NCBI GenBank assembly: GCA_047600605.1
Contig: JASGKK010000002.1
Location: 1,075,509 to 1,139,508, forward strand
Direction of reading: 5' to 3'
DNA: 64,000 nt
DNA from: Chitinophagaceae bacterium
Lineage (GTDB): Bacteria; Bacteroidota; Bacteroidia; Chitinophagales; Chitinophagaceae
The position numbers and the translations under genes were made by a program. The notes beneath the pieces are model-generated. The model saw only the letters and a list, made by a program, of their open reading frames with translations. It had not been told where the DNA came from and did not search any database. Shown here piece after piece: positions 47,129 through 58,890 of this stretch (position 1 is its first letter; each line of letters begins with the position of its first letter).

Positions 47129-47150
47129 GTGGTATGTTTTCGGCCGGGTA

Positions 47151-47867
47151 TTACAGACCCAGAACCTCTTTCATACTAAAGATACCGGTTTTGCCTTTTA
47201 GAAATTCAGCGGCAACAACGGCTCCGCTGGCAAAACCTTTGCGGCTGTGTGCAGTGTGAATGATCTCAATATCGTCGATAGGTGAGGTATAACGGATGCT
47301 GTGTGTACCGGGAGCAGGATCTTCGCGTTTGCTGTGAATCACCAGTTGGCTGGTATCGGCAGTAGGTTCATTTACCCAGTTTTTCTTGCGGGTAACCTGC
47401 TGCAGCACCTGCTCGGCCAGCGTGATGGCTGTGCCACTGGGCGCATCTTTTTTTTGGGTATGATGAATTTCTTCCATCACCACATCATATTCCGGATGGC
47501 CGGCCATGAGAGCGGCCAGCTTTTTATTAAGCTCAAAGAAAAGATTTACACCCACACTGAAATTGCTGGCATACAGAAAAGCGCCCTGCTGTTTGCGGCA
47601 AAGCTCTTCTATCGCTGGCAACTGTGCCGTCCATCCGGTAGAACCACATACCACGGGTATACCCCATTGCAGCAATGATTCTATATTGCGGAAAGCACTG
47701 TGTGGACTGGTAAACTCAATAGCTACGTCTGTGCCGGCGAGGTGAGTGGTATTGAAATCGCTGAGGTTATCTTCGTTGATACGGGCTGTGATCTGGTGAC
47801 CGCGTTGCAGGGCAATCTCTTCAATGGCTCTTCCCATTTTTCCATAACCGATCAGGGCAATATTCAT
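47151..47867 (-). CDS. dapB: 4-hydroxy-tetrahydrodipicolinate reductase
   Basis: MNIALIGYGKMGRAIE NAD-binding site and the EEIHHTQKKDAPSGTA signature. Confidence 0.93.
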   Translation of the reverse strand: MNIALIGYGKMGRAIEEIALQRGHQITARINEDNLSDFNTTHLAGTDVAIEFTSPHSAFRNIESLLQWGIPVVCGSTGWTAQLPAIEELCRKQQGAFLYASNFSVGVNLFFELNKKLAALMAGHPEYDVVMEEIHHTQKKDAPSGTAITLAEQVLQQVTRKKNWVNEPTADTSQLVIHSKREDPAPGTHSIRYTSPIDDIEIIHTAHSRKGFASGAVVAAEFLKGKTGIFSMKEVLGL

Positions 47868-47919
47868 AGCTTGAGTTTAGTAGAATTGAAAAGGCAAGAT
47901 AAGGCAAAATGAGTTGGTA

Positions 47920-48585
47920 TCAGAACCGTGAAGGCAGCATACGTACCTGCGAAGAAGGTTTCTTACCGATCTGAAGTACCAGACTGAGGCCGGTAGTGCC
48001 GGCTATTTCGCTCCGGCCGGGTTTGATACGCAGGCTCAGGTCAGGACTTACATCAAACGATTTGAGGTGGGCATCTACAGCAGCATCCACCACATTTAAT
48101 CCCCACATGATAAGAAAGAAAACAGCGGAGTAGTCGATATCCCGTCTGAACTGATCGCGATAAGAGCGGAGAGAGGATTCACTTAATGGTTTAAGTACGT
48201 CTTTGATCTGGCTGTATAATGCGGAGTCAGTAAAGTTGACCCGCATATTATATTTTACCCGGTAAGCAAAGCGGGTGTCGCGGTAATTTTTCAGGTTATA
48301 AAAGAAAATGCCGGCGGTGGTTCCCAGTGCGCCATATACAATAGGCACTTTCCAGTATTTGCGATTGTACACCTGCCCCCATCCCGGAATGATGGCTGAG
48401 CGCAGCGCTGCCTTGCCCGGATTGTATTCGTGTTGTTTCTTTTTTTTGACACTGTCTGCAGCTACGACTTCAGTTGCTGCAACGGTGTTTTTTTGTAAGC
48501 TGTCTGTCTGGGAAATACCGGTTTTGGCCAGCAACAATACTACCAGCAGGAAAAATAATCGGCGAAAACTTTTTAGCTTGTTCAT
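47920..48585 (-). CDS. DUF5683 domain protein
   Basis: ...AALRSAIIPGWGQVYNRKYWKVPIVYGALG..., in the usual position between parB and dapB in Bacteroidota. Confidence 0.75.
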   Translation of the reverse strand: MNKLKSFRRLFFLLVVLLLAKTGISQTDSLQKNTVAATEVVAADSVKKKKQHEYNPGKAALRSAIIPGWGQVYNRKYWKVPIVYGALGTTAGIFFYNLKNYRDTRFAYRVKYNMRVNFTDSALYSQIKDVLKPLSESSLRSYRDQFRRDIDYSAVFFLIMWGLNVVDAAVDAHLKSFDVSPDLSLRIKPGRSEIAGTTGLSLVLQIGKKPSSQVRMLPSRF

Positions 48586-48604
48586 GTATCAGTCATGGGC
48601 CATT

Positions 48605-49522
48605 TCAGCCAACCTGCACACCCATTATCTGCAGCAATTTGGTCAGTTCTTCGTTTGAATAGTAATCAATGAGTATCTGACCATTGCCACCCTTGCTGTG
48701 TTTTAATTTCACGCGGGTGCTTAAATGCGACGCTAAGTTATCTTCTATTTTCTGGTAGGTAGGAGCCAGGCTGCTTTTTGCCGTTTTTTTAACAGCTGCA
48801 CCCTGTTTGTACAGATTGCGTACAAGAGCTTCTGTCTGACGTACAGAAAGATCTTTGCTGGTGATCTCTTTGAAAATAAAGAGTTGCTTATTGATGGTAT
48901 CTACATTGATGAGTGCACGTGCATGTCCCATGCTGAGTGAGCCATTGCGTACTGCCAGTTGAATATCGGGTGGCAGTTTGAGCAGGCGGATGAAATTGGC
49001 AACAGTGCTGCGGTCTTTACCCATGCGTTCTGCTACCTGCTCCTGGGTATAATCCAGTTCTTCCATCATACGCTTGTAACTCAGTGCCACCTCCATGGCA
49101 TTGAGGTTTTCGCGCTGCAGATTTTCCAGCAGGGCCAGCTCCAGCAGCTCCATATCATTGGCCTGACGGATATAGGCCGGAATATCTTTCAGTCCCGCCA
49201 GTTTGGACGCACGCAGGCGGCGCTCACCTGAGATGAGGCGGTATTTGCCGGAAGGAAGTTTGGAAACTGTGATGGGTTGAATGATATCATGCAGTTTGAT
49301 AGATTCAGCCAGTTCTTTCAGTGCCTGTTCATCAAAATCGCGACGCGGTTGTTTGGGGTTGGTGTCGATATCGCCAACAGGTATACGATTGATGCCGGTA
49401 GCATTTTCTACCACAGCAGGTTTGAGGTTGCCGGTACCTGTTTTCAGATCGCTGTCGATACTTTGCAGCAGGGAGCGGATACCTTTTCCTAATGCGTCTT
49501 TATTTTGTTTGGGGTTGGTCAT
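48605..49522 (-). CDS. parB: ParB/Spo0J chromosome partitioning protein
   Basis: ...IQPITVSKLPSGKYRLISGERRLRASKLAG... ParB box. Confidence 0.92.
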   Translation of the reverse strand: MTNPKQNKDALGKGIRSLLQSIDSDLKTGTGNLKPAVVENATGINRIPVGDIDTNPKQPRRDFDEQALKELAESIKLHDIIQPITVSKLPSGKYRLISGERRLRASKLAGLKDIPAYIRQANDMELLELALLENLQRENLNAMEVALSYKRMMEELDYTQEQVAERMGKDRSTVANFIRLLKLPPDIQLAVRNGSLSMGHARALINVDTINKQLFIFKEITSKDLSVRQTEALVRNLYKQGAAVKKTAKSSLAPTYQKIEDNLASHLSTRVKLKHSKGGNGQILIDYYSNEELTKLLQIMGVQVG

Positions 49523-49573
49523 GGTAAGCTATTTGCGAGGGCCGAAGGCCCGCATCATCGGGAGTTTTTTCCC

Positions 49574-50377
49574 TTATAATTCAAGGATCCTTTCTTCCTG
49601 TTTGATCTTCGTCATATTGTTTTTCTGCAGGATCTCTTTGGCCAGATTGAGATAGTTCATAGAGCCCTTGCTGGCTGCATCGTAGAGTATAACGGGTTTA
49701 CCCACACTGGGTGCTTCGGAGAGACGTGCATTACGATGTACGATAGTACTGAAGACCAGGTCTTCGAAATGGCGTCTTACTTCGCTCACCACCTGATTGC
49801 ACAGGCGCAGACGGCCATCGTACATGGTCATCAGAATGCCTTCGATGACCAGGGCGGGGTTGAGGCGACTTTGAACGATCTTAATGGTATTCAGCAATTT
49901 GCCCAGACCTTCGAGGGCAAAAAACTCACATTGCACAGGCACTACCACTGAGTCGGATGCCGTAAGGGCATTTACTGTGATAAGACCCAGGGAAGGAGAG
50001 CAGTCGATGATAATAAAGTCATAATCGTCCCGGACCGGCTCCAGCATGTTTTTGAGGACCATTTCCCGGTTGGGATAATTGATCATCTCGATTTCTGCAC
50101 CTACCAGGTCAATATGGGAGGGAAGGAGGTCGAGATAGGGGATCTCTGATTTCAGGATCACGTCTTTGGCCTTGGCCTCATTGACCATACAATCGTAAAG
50201 ACTTTGCGTAACGTTGTGAAGATCAAAGCCTACGCCTGTGGTACTATTTGCTTGCGGGTCGCCATCCACCAGCAGGGTCCTGTATTCCAGTACGGCAAAA
50301 CTTGCCGCCAGATTGATGGCAGTGGTTGTTTTGCCTACGCCACCTTTTTGGTTTGCCACGCCTATGATTCTAGCCAT
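49574..50377 (-). CDS. parA: ParA/Soj partitioning ATPase
   Basis: [24 protein letters not shown], the deviant Walker A motif. Confidence 0.93.
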   Translation of the reverse strand: MARIIGVANQKGGVGKTTTAINLAASFAVLEYRTLLVDGDPQANSTTGVGFDLHNVTQSLYDCMVNEAKAKDVILKSEIPYLDLLPSHIDLVGAEIEMINYPNREMVLKNMLEPVRDDYDFIIIDCSPSLGLITVNALTASDSVVVPVQCEFFALEGLGKLLNTIKIVQSRLNPALVIEGILMTMYDGRLRLCNQVVSEVRRHFEDLVFSTIVHRNARLSEAPSVGKPVILYDAASKGSMNYLNLAKEILQKNNMTKIKQEERILEL

Positions 50378-50540
50378 GCCGGGTATCTCCTGAAAAATTT
50401 AAGTTAATAGGTAAAGATGCTACCAGAAGACTGGAGTTCAAAATTTAGTTTTGCCCATCCGGTCCGCCCTATCCGGCAAAAATAAGTTTTCGGCAAAAAC
50501 TATTTATCAAGGCGGCTGTTTAATTTTGAATCCTTCATTT

Positions 50541-51788
50541 ATGCGTAATTCTCCGTTTTGGTGGATCCTGATAGGTTTTATGGTTTTGCTGGATATCTAC
50601 GTATTCCAGGCCGTAAAAACGCTGGCCTGGCCGGCAGCCACCCGTACCCGTACGATTATTTTTATAAGCTACTGGACTATATCGGTCATAGCACTTTTGC
50701 TGCTGATATTCCTGCCATACCTGCATTTTGACCAGCAGTCGCGGATGTTGCGAAGCACCATTTTTGCGCTTATAGCAGGTCTTTTCTTTGCCAAATTCAT
50801 AGCAGCCCTGTTCTTCTTTATTGATGATGTACGCCGTGGGGTGCAGTGGATGGCAGGCCTCTGGGGAGCCCGGAGCGGAGAAAACGATGTGGTGCAGCAG
50901 CCCGGCATTACCCGATCGGCTTTTCTGACCTGGACAGGCATGCTGTTTGGCGGCGGCCTTTTTGGATCGCTGATCTATGGGTTTGGCAACCGGTATAAAT
51001 ATCAGGTTAAAACGATACCGGTCAGTTTCAATAATCTTCCGGCCGCCTTCCGCGGGTTACGTATTGTACATATTTCTGATATTCATTCCGGCAGTTTTAC
51101 TGATAAGCAGGCTGTTAAAAAAGGCGTGGAAAAGATCATGCGGGAAAAACCCGACCTGATCCTGTTTACCGGCGACCTGGTCAACAATACAGCCGATGAG
51201 ATGGATGAATACCAGGAAATATTTGCCCAACTCAATGCTCCCATGGGTGTATACTCGACCCTGGGCAATCATGACTATGGCGATTACGTGCACTGGGATA
51301 CTCCCGATGCTAAAACGGCCAACCTCGAACGGTTAAAACAGGTTCATGCATCCATGGGCTGGAAACTCCTCATGAATGAACATGTGGTACTGGAAAAAGA
51401 CGGAGAAAAAATCGCGATCCTGGGTATCGAAAACTGGAGTGCCAAAGGCCGTTTTCCCAAATATGGTAAAATGAGGGATGCCCATGCCGGTACCGAAGCA
51501 TATCCCTTTAAAATATTACTGAGTCATGATCCCTCACACTGGGATGCAGAGATAAAAGAAAAATATCCGGATATTGACCTTATGCTGTCGGGACATACCC
51601 ATGGCATGCAGTTTGGCGTGGAACTTCCCGGCTTCAAATGGAGCCCTGTGCAATATATGTATCATCAATGGGCCGGATTGTACGAAACAGGCAGCCAGAA
51701 GCTGTATGTAAACCGGGGTTATGGTTTTCTGGGTTATCCCGGCCGGGTGGGTATATTGCCGGAAATAACGGTACTCCATCTCGCCTGA
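50541..51788 (+). CDS. membrane-anchored metallophosphoesterase (YkuE-like)
   Basis: TM segments followed by IVHISDIHSG, FTGDLVN, GNHDYG and LSGHTHG. The ATG at 50541 (MRNSPFWWILIG) is preferred to the upstream alternative start. Confidence 0.88.
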   Translation: MRNSPFWWILIGFMVLLDIYVFQAVKTLAWPAATRTRTIIFISYWTISVIALLLLIFLPYLHFDQQSRMLRSTIFALIAGLFFAKFIAALFFFIDDVRRGVQWMAGLWGARSGENDVVQQPGITRSAFLTWTGMLFGGGLFGSLIYGFGNRYKYQVKTIPVSFNNLPAAFRGLRIVHISDIHSGSFTDKQAVKKGVEKIMREKPDLILFTGDLVNNTADEMDEYQEIFAQLNAPMGVYSTLGNHDYGDYVHWDTPDAKTANLERLKQVHASMGWKLLMNEHVVLEKDGEKIAILGIENWSAKGRFPKYGKMRDAHAGTEAYPFKILLSHDPSHWDAEIKEKYPDIDLMLSGHTHGMQFGVELPGFKWSPVQYMYHQWAGLYETGSQKLYVNRGYGFLGYPGRVGILPEITVLHLA

Positions 51789-51873
51789 TAAATCAGCAGG
51801 TCCATTAAACCCTGAGCGACCGGCGTGGTCAAAGCCGCAGATCCGCCCGGAACCACCGAACTAAATATACCTG

Positions 51874-52905
51874 ATGACAAAATACACCCTGGTACTCCTG
51901 CTGACCCTGAGTATAACCAGTACCAGCCTGGCACAGAAAAACACGCCCGATACTGCTGTTACGGCCGGTGTGGATATGGAAGATCTGGATGACCTCGATG
52001 ATCTGCTGAATGACCTCGAACTCTTTTTGGATTCTTTATTACGCCCCAGAAGTTATACAGTTATCGGACTGACTTTTTCTCCGGGTTATTATAATTATAA
52101 AGGCAACCTGCAGACCCAAACCCGTATCCGTACGGAATCGAAACTCACATGGGCTCCCCTGCTGGCCTACTATCATCGCTCCGGCCTGGGACTTGCTGCA
52201 TCGGGATTTATGATAGCGGAAGAAGGAAAACTCAATCTTTTCCAGTATGCCATCACACCTTCGTATGATTACCTGCGCAACAGATCGCTGGCAACCGGCA
52301 TTTCCTATACACGTTATTTTTCCAAAGATTCCTTACAGTTTTATGTATCGCCTTTGCAAAACGAGCTGAGTGCTTATTTTACTTATCGCAAAAGCTGGAT
52401 CAAACCTTCGGTCATTGTCAATTATGCATGGGGTACCCGCGAAGAACTGAAAATGCGTCTGGCATTCATTGAATCATTACGTCTGCGCAGGCGGCTGCTC
52501 GATTATCTGCAATCGCGCTATGACCAATCGGTCAGTGATATCAGTGTTACAGCTACACTTGTACATGACTTCTACTGGCTGCAGGTGTTTAATAAAAAAG
52601 ATAATATCAGGCTGACCCCGCAATTATTATTTACCAGCGGTACCCAGCAGTATGGATTCAATCAAAAGATAAATGATTATTCGCTGACCAAACTGACCCG
52701 TACCAGCCTGCTCGCCACAGCACGCGAGTTTAACCTCGATAGCCATAAGGAATTTAAGCCACTCTCACTGGGCTTTTGCATGCGTGCAGAGTATGGTATT
52801 GGTAAATTCTATATTCAGCCGCAATGCCTGTTTGATTATTATTTTCCTGCCAGGGAAAACAACTGGTCCACTATTTTCTCCGTGAATGCCGGTTTCAATT
52901 TCTGA
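51874..52905 (+). CDS. hypothetical outer-membrane beta-barrel-like protein
   Basis: Signal peptide MTKYTLVLLLTLSITSTSLAQ, an acidic linker, alternating strands, and a C-terminus ending ...FSVNAGFNF. Confidence 0.7.
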   Translation: MTKYTLVLLLTLSITSTSLAQKNTPDTAVTAGVDMEDLDDLDDLLNDLELFLDSLLRPRSYTVIGLTFSPGYYNYKGNLQTQTRIRTESKLTWAPLLAYYHRSGLGLAASGFMIAEEGKLNLFQYAITPSYDYLRNRSLATGISYTRYFSKDSLQFYVSPLQNELSAYFTYRKSWIKPSVIVNYAWGTREELKMRLAFIESLRLRRRLLDYLQSRYDQSVSDISVTATLVHDFYWLQVFNKKDNIRLTPQLLFTSGTQQYGFNQKINDYSLTKLTRTSLLATAREFNLDSHKEFKPLSLGFCMRAEYGIGKFYIQPQCLFDYYFPARENNWSTIFSVNAGFNF

Positions 52906-53057
52906 TTTTAGAAAACCTTCACAAACGGCCGGCAATAACACGGCCCGAAAAATGTTTTAGTAATCTTAAAGCGGTCAGCCGTTAATGCAAATTAACAGCC
53001 ATGCAAATCTGCTGGCATTAATCTTGGATTTCATCTGCTCTAAAACTTTAATTATTT

Positions 53058-53648
53058 ATGAAAGCAAAACTCTTCCTTCCGCTCGCAGCAATGCTATTCC
53101 TTTCCTCGGCAGCCATGGCCCAGTTTCATATCGGGATCAAGGGCGGAGCCAACGTTTCGAAAGTGGATGGCGCTTCTTTCAAAGACAAGTTTAGCTATGG
53201 GTATCATCTGGGTGGATTTGCTGAAATCGGACTGGGTCGCAAATTTGCGATACAACCTGAAGTGATGTTTAATCAGTACAACACTACAGTGGACAGCAAC
53301 TTTAACCATGTCTATGAAAGCGTATTCAATTCAGATCAGAGCAAAGTACGGCTCAACTATCTCTCCATTCCCATTTTACTTAACTACAAACTGATTGGCA
53401 ACTTTCTCACGTTGCAGGCCGGTCCTCAGTTTAGCGTGCTGATGGATCAAAATAAAAACCTGTTGCAAAACGGCGGAAAGGCTTTTTCAAATGGTGACTT
53501 TGCCATGCTGGGCGGCGTGCAGCTCAAGTTGAGTGCATTGCGTATTAGCGGCAGATATGTGGTAGGGCTTAATAACATTAATGACATTGACAACCGCGAT
53601 CGCTGGAAAAATGAAGGCTTCCAGTTGTCGCTGGGTCTTGCTCTCTGA
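53058..53648 (+). CDS. small outer-membrane beta-barrel (porin-family) protein
   Basis: MKAKLFLPLAAMLFLSSAAMAQFHIGIKGGANVSKV..., an 8-strand-like pattern. Confidence 0.8.
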   Translation: MKAKLFLPLAAMLFLSSAAMAQFHIGIKGGANVSKVDGASFKDKFSYGYHLGGFAEIGLGRKFAIQPEVMFNQYNTTVDSNFNHVYESVFNSDQSKVRLNYLSIPILLNYKLIGNFLTLQAGPQFSVLMDQNKNLLQNGGKAFSNGDFAMLGGVQLKLSALRISGRYVVGLNNINDIDNRDRWKNEGFQLSLGLAL

Positions 53649-53671
53649 TTTTCGAAAAACAGCCATGAAAG

Positions 53672-53702
53672 GCCCGTCACCCCCACAGGTGCGGGCTTTT
53701 TT
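53672..53702 (+). terminator. intrinsic terminator
   Basis: GCCCGTCAC-CCCCACAG-GTGCGGGC (one bulge) followed by TTTTTT. Confidence 0.6.
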
Positions 53703-53891
53703 GCTGAAAAAAGGGACGCAAACTGACAGAGGACTGAGGCTAATTTGGCTTTTTTGTCGCTTCATTATCAACATATTTGCATGGTTTGGCAGTTGTTGCC
53801 CCGCGGCACGATCATTGAAACGGGTACATTCCTATTATTTTTGTACCCCGCCTCTGGCGAGGTGACAATATGACCCTAGAAGCCAAAGAAT

Positions 53892-56294
53892 ATGAGTTTT
53901 GACAAGTTAATTTTCCGCCCGGAGGATGAAATGGATTTTTTACCCATTATCCCGCTCAACGAATCGGAACAGGATGACAGCAACGGAATTGAAATCCCCG
54001 ACGAAATAGCTCTTTTGCCGCTGCGCAATACGGTGCTTTTTCCCGGTGTGGTATTGCCCATTACCGTAGGGCGTGATAAGAGTATCAAAGCTGTACAGGA
54101 AGCTTATAAAGCAGACAAACTGATAGCCGTTGTGGCTCAAAAGGACAGCACGGTCGAAGATCCTGCAGTAACCGATCTGGAATCGATCGGTACCGTAGCC
54201 CGTATCGTCAAACAGATCCGCATGCCCGATGGAGGCACCACTGTGATCATACAGGGCAAGAGCCGTATTCGTATCGAAGCAATCACGATGGAAGAGCCTT
54301 ATTTCAGGGCACGCATACAAAAGCTGGAAGAAGAGCCTTCACCGGCTGCTGCAGATTTTGATGCCTATGTAGCCAATATCAAAGACCTGGCCACAGAGAT
54401 CATTCAGCTTTCTCCCAATATCCCCAGCGAAGCATCCATCATACTGCGCAATATTGAAAATCCTGCTTTCCTGATCCATTTTGTAAGCAGCAACCTTAAT
54501 ACATCGATCCGCGAGAAACAACAACTGCTCGAGATCAATGGCATTCGTGAAAGAGCAGATATGCTGATGCAACTGCTGCAAAAAGAACTACAGTTTGCAG
54601 AACTGAAAAATAAAGTAACGACCAAAACCCGCACCGAACTCGATAAGCAGCAGCGGGAATACTTTCTGCAGCAACAACTGAAAAGCATCAAAGAAGAACT
54701 GGGTGGTGATAGCAATGTGCAGGAAGTAAAGGAAATGCAGAAAAAGGCGGAACAAAAGAAATGGCCGGCTACTGCGCGCGAACTGTTTAAAAAAGGAATA
54801 GAGAAGTTGGAGCGTATGCATCCCAGCACTCCCGATTATTCGGTCGTGTATAATCACCTCGACCTGATGCTGGAATTGCCCTGGGATGAGGTATCGGAAG
54901 ATCAGTATGATCTCAAAAAGGCGAGAAAGGTGCTGGACAATGATCATTTCGGTATGCATAAGATCAAAGAGCGTATACTGGAATACCTGGCAGTGCTGAA
55001 GCTGAAAGGCGATATGAAGAGCCCCATTCTTTGTTTTGTAGGACCTCCGGGTATAGGCAAAACATCGCTGGGACGCAGCATTGCCAATGCTATTGGCAGA
55101 AAATATGTGCGGCTGAGCCTGGGTGGCATGCACGACGAAAGTGAAATACGCGGTCACCGCAAAACCTATATCGGTGCCATGCCGGGACGTATCCTTCAGT
55201 CGCTCCGGAAAATAAAAACATCCAATCCGGTCATGATCCTCGATGAGATCGATAAGATTGGCAATGACTTCAGGGGCGACCCCAGCAGTGCATTGCTGGA
55301 AGTGCTGGATCCGGAGCAAAACAATAACTTTTACGACAACTATCTCGAAACCGAGTATGACCTGAGCAAGGTATTATTCATTGCTACAGCCAATAACCTG
55401 CAAAACATTCAGCCAGCCCTGCGCGACAGGCTGGAGATCATCGATCTGAGTGGCTATGCAGTAGAAGAGAAGATAGAAATTGCCAAACGTCACCTGGTGC
55501 CACGGCAGAAAGAATTGCATGGATTAAAAAGCAGTCAGTTTAAGATCAGTGATAAGGTGCTGGAAAAAATGATCCAGGATTATACGCGCGAAAGCGGTGT
55601 ACGTGAACTGGATCGCCAGCTCGCATCCGTAATGCGGTATCAGGCCAAAGAACTGGCGATGAAAGGGAAACTGCGTTCGTCTATCAGCGGAGCCGATGTG
55701 GAGAAGATACTGGGCAAGCCGCGTTACAGCAATGAACTGTACCGTACGGCCAATATGCCGGGTGTGGCAGTTGGACTGGCGTGGACCTATGTGGGGGGCG
55801 ATATCCTGTTTATCGAAACCAGCCTGAGTGCAGGCAAAGGTGATCTGAAACTGACGGGCAACCTGGGCAATGTAATGAAAGAAAGTGCCAGTACTGCACT
55901 CACTTATTTGCAGGCCAACGCTGCTAAACATGATATTGATCCGGAAGTCTTTGAAAAGAAAAGCATTCATATTCACGTTCCAGAAGGAGCCGTACCCAAA
56001 GACGGTCCGAGTGCCGGCATTACTATGATGACCGCCATGGCTTCTGCACTCACCGGCCGGAAAGTAAAACCTTTTCTGGCCATGACCGGCGAGATCACTT
56101 TGCGCGGACAGGTATTGCCGGTAGGTGGTATCAAGGAAAAAGTGCTCGCCGCCAAACGTGCCGGTCTGAAAGAGATCATCCTTTGCTGGCAAAATGAAAA
56201 GGATGTACAGGAGATTGAATCAGACTTTATCAAAGGACTCCGCTTTCATTATGTAAAAACAATGAACCAGGTGCTGGAAATCGCCCTGGTATAA
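53892..56294 (+). CDS. lon: ATP-dependent Lon protease (endopeptidase La)
   Basis: Walker [10 protein letters not shown], the catalytic-serine motif [11 protein letters not shown], and a LON N-terminal domain. Confidence 0.95.
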   Translation: MSFDKLIFRPEDEMDFLPIIPLNESEQDDSNGIEIPDEIALLPLRNTVLFPGVVLPITVGRDKSIKAVQEAYKADKLIAVVAQKDSTVEDPAVTDLESIGTVARIVKQIRMPDGGTTVIIQGKSRIRIEAITMEEPYFRARIQKLEEEPSPAAADFDAYVANIKDLATEIIQLSPNIPSEASIILRNIENPAFLIHFVSSNLNTSIREKQQLLEINGIRERADMLMQLLQKELQFAELKNKVTTKTRTELDKQQREYFLQQQLKSIKEELGGDSNVQEVKEMQKKAEQKKWPATARELFKKGIEKLERMHPSTPDYSVVYNHLDLMLELPWDEVSEDQYDLKKARKVLDNDHFGMHKIKERILEYLAVLKLKGDMKSPILCFVGPPGIGKTSLGRSIANAIGRKYVRLSLGGMHDESEIRGHRKTYIGAMPGRILQSLRKIKTSNPVMILDEIDKIGNDFRGDPSSALLEVLDPEQNNNFYDNYLETEYDLSKVLFIATANNLQNIQPALRDRLEIIDLSGYAVEEKIEIAKRHLVPRQKELHGLKSSQFKISDKVLEKMIQDYTRESGVRELDRQLASVMRYQAKELAMKGKLRSSISGADVEKILGKPRYSNELYRTANMPGVAVGLAWTYVGGDILFIETSLSAGKGDLKLTGNLGNVMKESASTALTYLQANAAKHDIDPEVFEKKSIHIHVPEGAVPKDGPSAGITMMTAMASALTGRKVKPFLAMTGEITLRGQVLPVGGIKEKVLAAKRAGLKEIILCWQNEKDVQEIESDFIKGLRFHYVKTMNQVLEIALV

Positions 56295-56307
56295 AACGAG
56301 CCCACAG

Positions 56308-56340
56308 GGCAGGCACCCGTACTAAGCCGCGGTGTCTGCC
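56308..56340 (+). terminator. possible terminator hairpin after lon
   Basis: GGCAGGCACC-13 nt-GGTGTCTGCC (one mismatch) followed by TTATCTT, a weak U-tract. Confidence 0.35.
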
Positions 56341-56356
56341 TTATCTTCGTAGGGTC

Positions 56357-57370
56357 TTGCGATTTTTTTTCATCATACTCTTTTGCGGATGGGTACTGTC
56401 GCTGCAGGCTCAGACCCTGGGCGGACAGGCTGCCTTTACTTTTTTGCAGATGCCTGCCACGCCACGGCTTACCGCGCTGGGGGGTATCAACGTTTCCGAT
56501 CCGGCAAACGATATAGGACTAGCATTCAACAATCCCGCCTTACTGCAACCTTCCCTGCACTGGCAATTGAATACCGTAGTGACGGCAATAGCAGCCGATG
56601 TAAAATCCTATCACGCCAGTCTGGGTTTATATGCGCCAAAAATCGCAACCAGTTTTGGATGGGGCCTTCATTATATTGATTATGGCTCGGTGCCGCAGAC
56701 CGATGCTGCCGGCAATGTGATGGGACGCTTTATGCCGCGTGACTGGGTGATGCAGGTAATGGCCTCTCGCCAATATCTCGAAAAATGGCACTATGGCATT
56801 ACGTTGAAATATATTCAATCTGCGTATGGTAGTTACCGGTCCAATGGCATTGCAGCCGATGTGGGAGTACAGTACCGCGATACGGCTGCCGGACTATCTG
56901 TATCCTTACTGGCAAAAAACATGGGCACACAGTTGAGACAGTATGTGCCGGGGCAACCAGAAGATATTCCCTTTGACCTGCAGGCAGGTATTAGTAAACG
57001 GTTACGCCAGGCGCCTTTTTCTTTTTCCTTAACTGCGCATCATCTGCATCAGTTTGATATCGGTTATCAGGACCGGGCAACACGTTCCCGGTTCAGCATA
57101 GACCAGTTGTTGCGCCATTTTGTGCTGGCCACTACCGTGTACCTGGGCGATAGAGTGGAGCTGACAGCAGGGTACAATTATTTACGTCGCAAAGAACTCC
57201 GAATCGGAGAAGGAGGTAATGGGCTTACGGGCTTTTCGCTGGGAGCTGTATTACTGCTTCGCAAATTGCAGGTACAGTATGCCCGCTCGCAGTACCTCAA
57301 CAATAAAGCGTATAACCAGTTTGGTATTAACCTGGCGCTCGATCAGTTGACCGGGCTGGGAAAAAAATGA
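56357..57370 (+). CDS. porQ: type IX secretion system protein PorQ
   Basis: ...QAQTLGGQAAFTFLQMPATPRLTALGGINVS...NPALL... is a PorQ-family N-terminus. It has barrel-like composition. The start is a TTG and uncertain. Confidence 0.7.
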   Translation: MRFFFIILFCGWVLSLQAQTLGGQAAFTFLQMPATPRLTALGGINVSDPANDIGLAFNNPALLQPSLHWQLNTVVTAIAADVKSYHASLGLYAPKIATSFGWGLHYIDYGSVPQTDAAGNVMGRFMPRDWVMQVMASRQYLEKWHYGITLKYIQSAYGSYRSNGIAADVGVQYRDTAAGLSVSLLAKNMGTQLRQYVPGQPEDIPFDLQAGISKRLRQAPFSFSLTAHHLHQFDIGYQDRATRSRFSIDQLLRHFVLATTVYLGDRVELTAGYNYLRRKELRIGEGGNGLTGFSLGAVLLLRKLQVQYARSQYLNNKAYNQFGINLALDQLTGLGKK

Positions 57371-57378
57371 TCACCTAT

Positions 57379-58890
57379 TTACTGGATCATGATAGAAGAG
57401 TCGGGCAGCAACGGAAGAGCGGTGTTGAAATAATTGTTTAATACTATCCTGAAGGAATTTACCGGTGTGACAGATGGATAAAGCAGGCTATCTCGCCCAT
57501 CGCTGAAATAATAGGCAGCCAGGTTCATAAACTGTTTATCTCTTGGCCGGGAGGCAATGGGTAGTTCATTATCTCTTTTACCATGATCACCGGCTACAAT
57601 CACCACACGCGGACGTTCAAACGGCTGATTGGCGGCCTGCGCAATCTGGCTTATCCATGTATTGGTATATTTTACCTGATCGAGGTACAGGCTATCTTCG
57701 CGAAGGGAATAATCGTTATCAATGATCCGTGCACGCCCATCGCTGTCTACATAAAAAGGCCTGTGGGGGAGCATGGCATGTGTCATTACAAATTTGGGCC
57801 GGCTGTCCTGCATTTTTAATTCGGTCATAAGGCCATTCAGATTAACCAGATTGCGCTGAATCACTTCCTGTTGTCGCCGGGCTTTCTCTTCCGGGCTTTT
57901 TCTTAACCAGGTCCAGCGTTCTGTAAAGTTCCACCAGATCTGCCAGTAGATGCGGTATCCCATTGTCTCATTCAGGAAAACAGCATCCATATCCCTGTCA
58001 AAAAAAGAAGGGCCGGTGGAAGGATGATTTACAAAATCCATGAGGCCTAGATTTACGATCCTGTAGCCCAGGCTATCGAGCATCGAAGGAAGAAAACTCC
58101 TCTCGTAAGCGTATTGTGCTTCGAGGATATGCCGCGGGTCAGAAGGAGAACCTTCGAGATCGGCCTGCAGAAAATTTAAATTGAGCGTGGCAGCGAGTGA
58201 ATGCGGCGTGGAGTTGTAGTTACTTTTAGATTTATCGGCAACAAAAAAATGGTTGCGTGTTAACAGGGTATCCATCGCGCTGTTATCAAAATTAAGATAA
58301 GTCGCAAGAGAGCGGCTGCTTGCATATTCATCAAAAACCACAAAGAATATATCGGGAGCTACAGCAGGCCTGGCCGGTGCGGGAAGCAGATGCGCTGTTG
58401 TTTTGTTTTTACCGATGTCCAGTTGTGTCAGTTGCCCGTTTCCCAGTTTGTAACCCGTGGTGAATATTTCCAAGCCAATAAATACGATGAAAAGCAGATT
58501 GAGAAAAAAAGTAAACCGTGTTAATCCGGGTTTCTTTTTCCTCAGGAAAAAGGCGCTGATGATAATGGCAAGAAAGTAAAGGGAAAGAAGTACAGTGTAA
58601 GAAGATAATCGTGCTGGTAATGGCAGCGACTTCAGGAAATCATGAAAAGGCGCCCAGAATAAATATGGTAAGAGGATTGTTGCTGCCCAGACACCGGCGG
58701 CACGTACCTGCCTGATGAGTAACCAACCCAATCCAAACAACCCGAGTGAGGCAGCCAGAAATACGGCGAAATAAAACGCCGGATATTTGAAATAGATGTA
58801 CCCGAAGTATTCATTGTATACATGCCATACAAAGAATAAGGGCGCCAGTAGCAGGTAAACGGGTAGTTTTTGCAGGGTATTCCGGATCAT
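57379..58890 (-). CDS. membrane sulfatase-like (alkaline phosphatase superfamily) hydrolase/transferase
   Basis: About five N-terminal TM segments, then DIFFVVFDEYAS and VVIVAGDHG. The ATG overlaps the upstream stop (ATGA). Confidence 0.75.
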   Translation of the reverse strand: MIRNTLQKLPVYLLLAPLFFVWHVYNEYFGYIYFKYPAFYFAVFLAASLGLFGLGWLLIRQVRAAGVWAATILLPYLFWAPFHDFLKSLPLPARLSSYTVLLSLYFLAIIISAFFLRKKKPGLTRFTFFLNLLFIVFIGLEIFTTGYKLGNGQLTQLDIGKNKTTAHLLPAPARPAVAPDIFFVVFDEYASSRSLATYLNFDNSAMDTLLTRNHFFVADKSKSNYNSTPHSLAATLNLNFLQADLEGSPSDPRHILEAQYAYERSFLPSMLDSLGYRIVNLGLMDFVNHPSTGPSFFDRDMDAVFLNETMGYRIYWQIWWNFTERWTWLRKSPEEKARRQQEVIQRNLVNLNGLMTELKMQDSRPKFVMTHAMLPHRPFYVDSDGRARIIDNDYSLREDSLYLDQVKYTNTWISQIAQAANQPFERPRVVIVAGDHGKRDNELPIASRPRDKQFMNLAAYYFSDGRDSLLYPSVTPVNSFRIVLNNYFNTALPLLPDSSIMIQ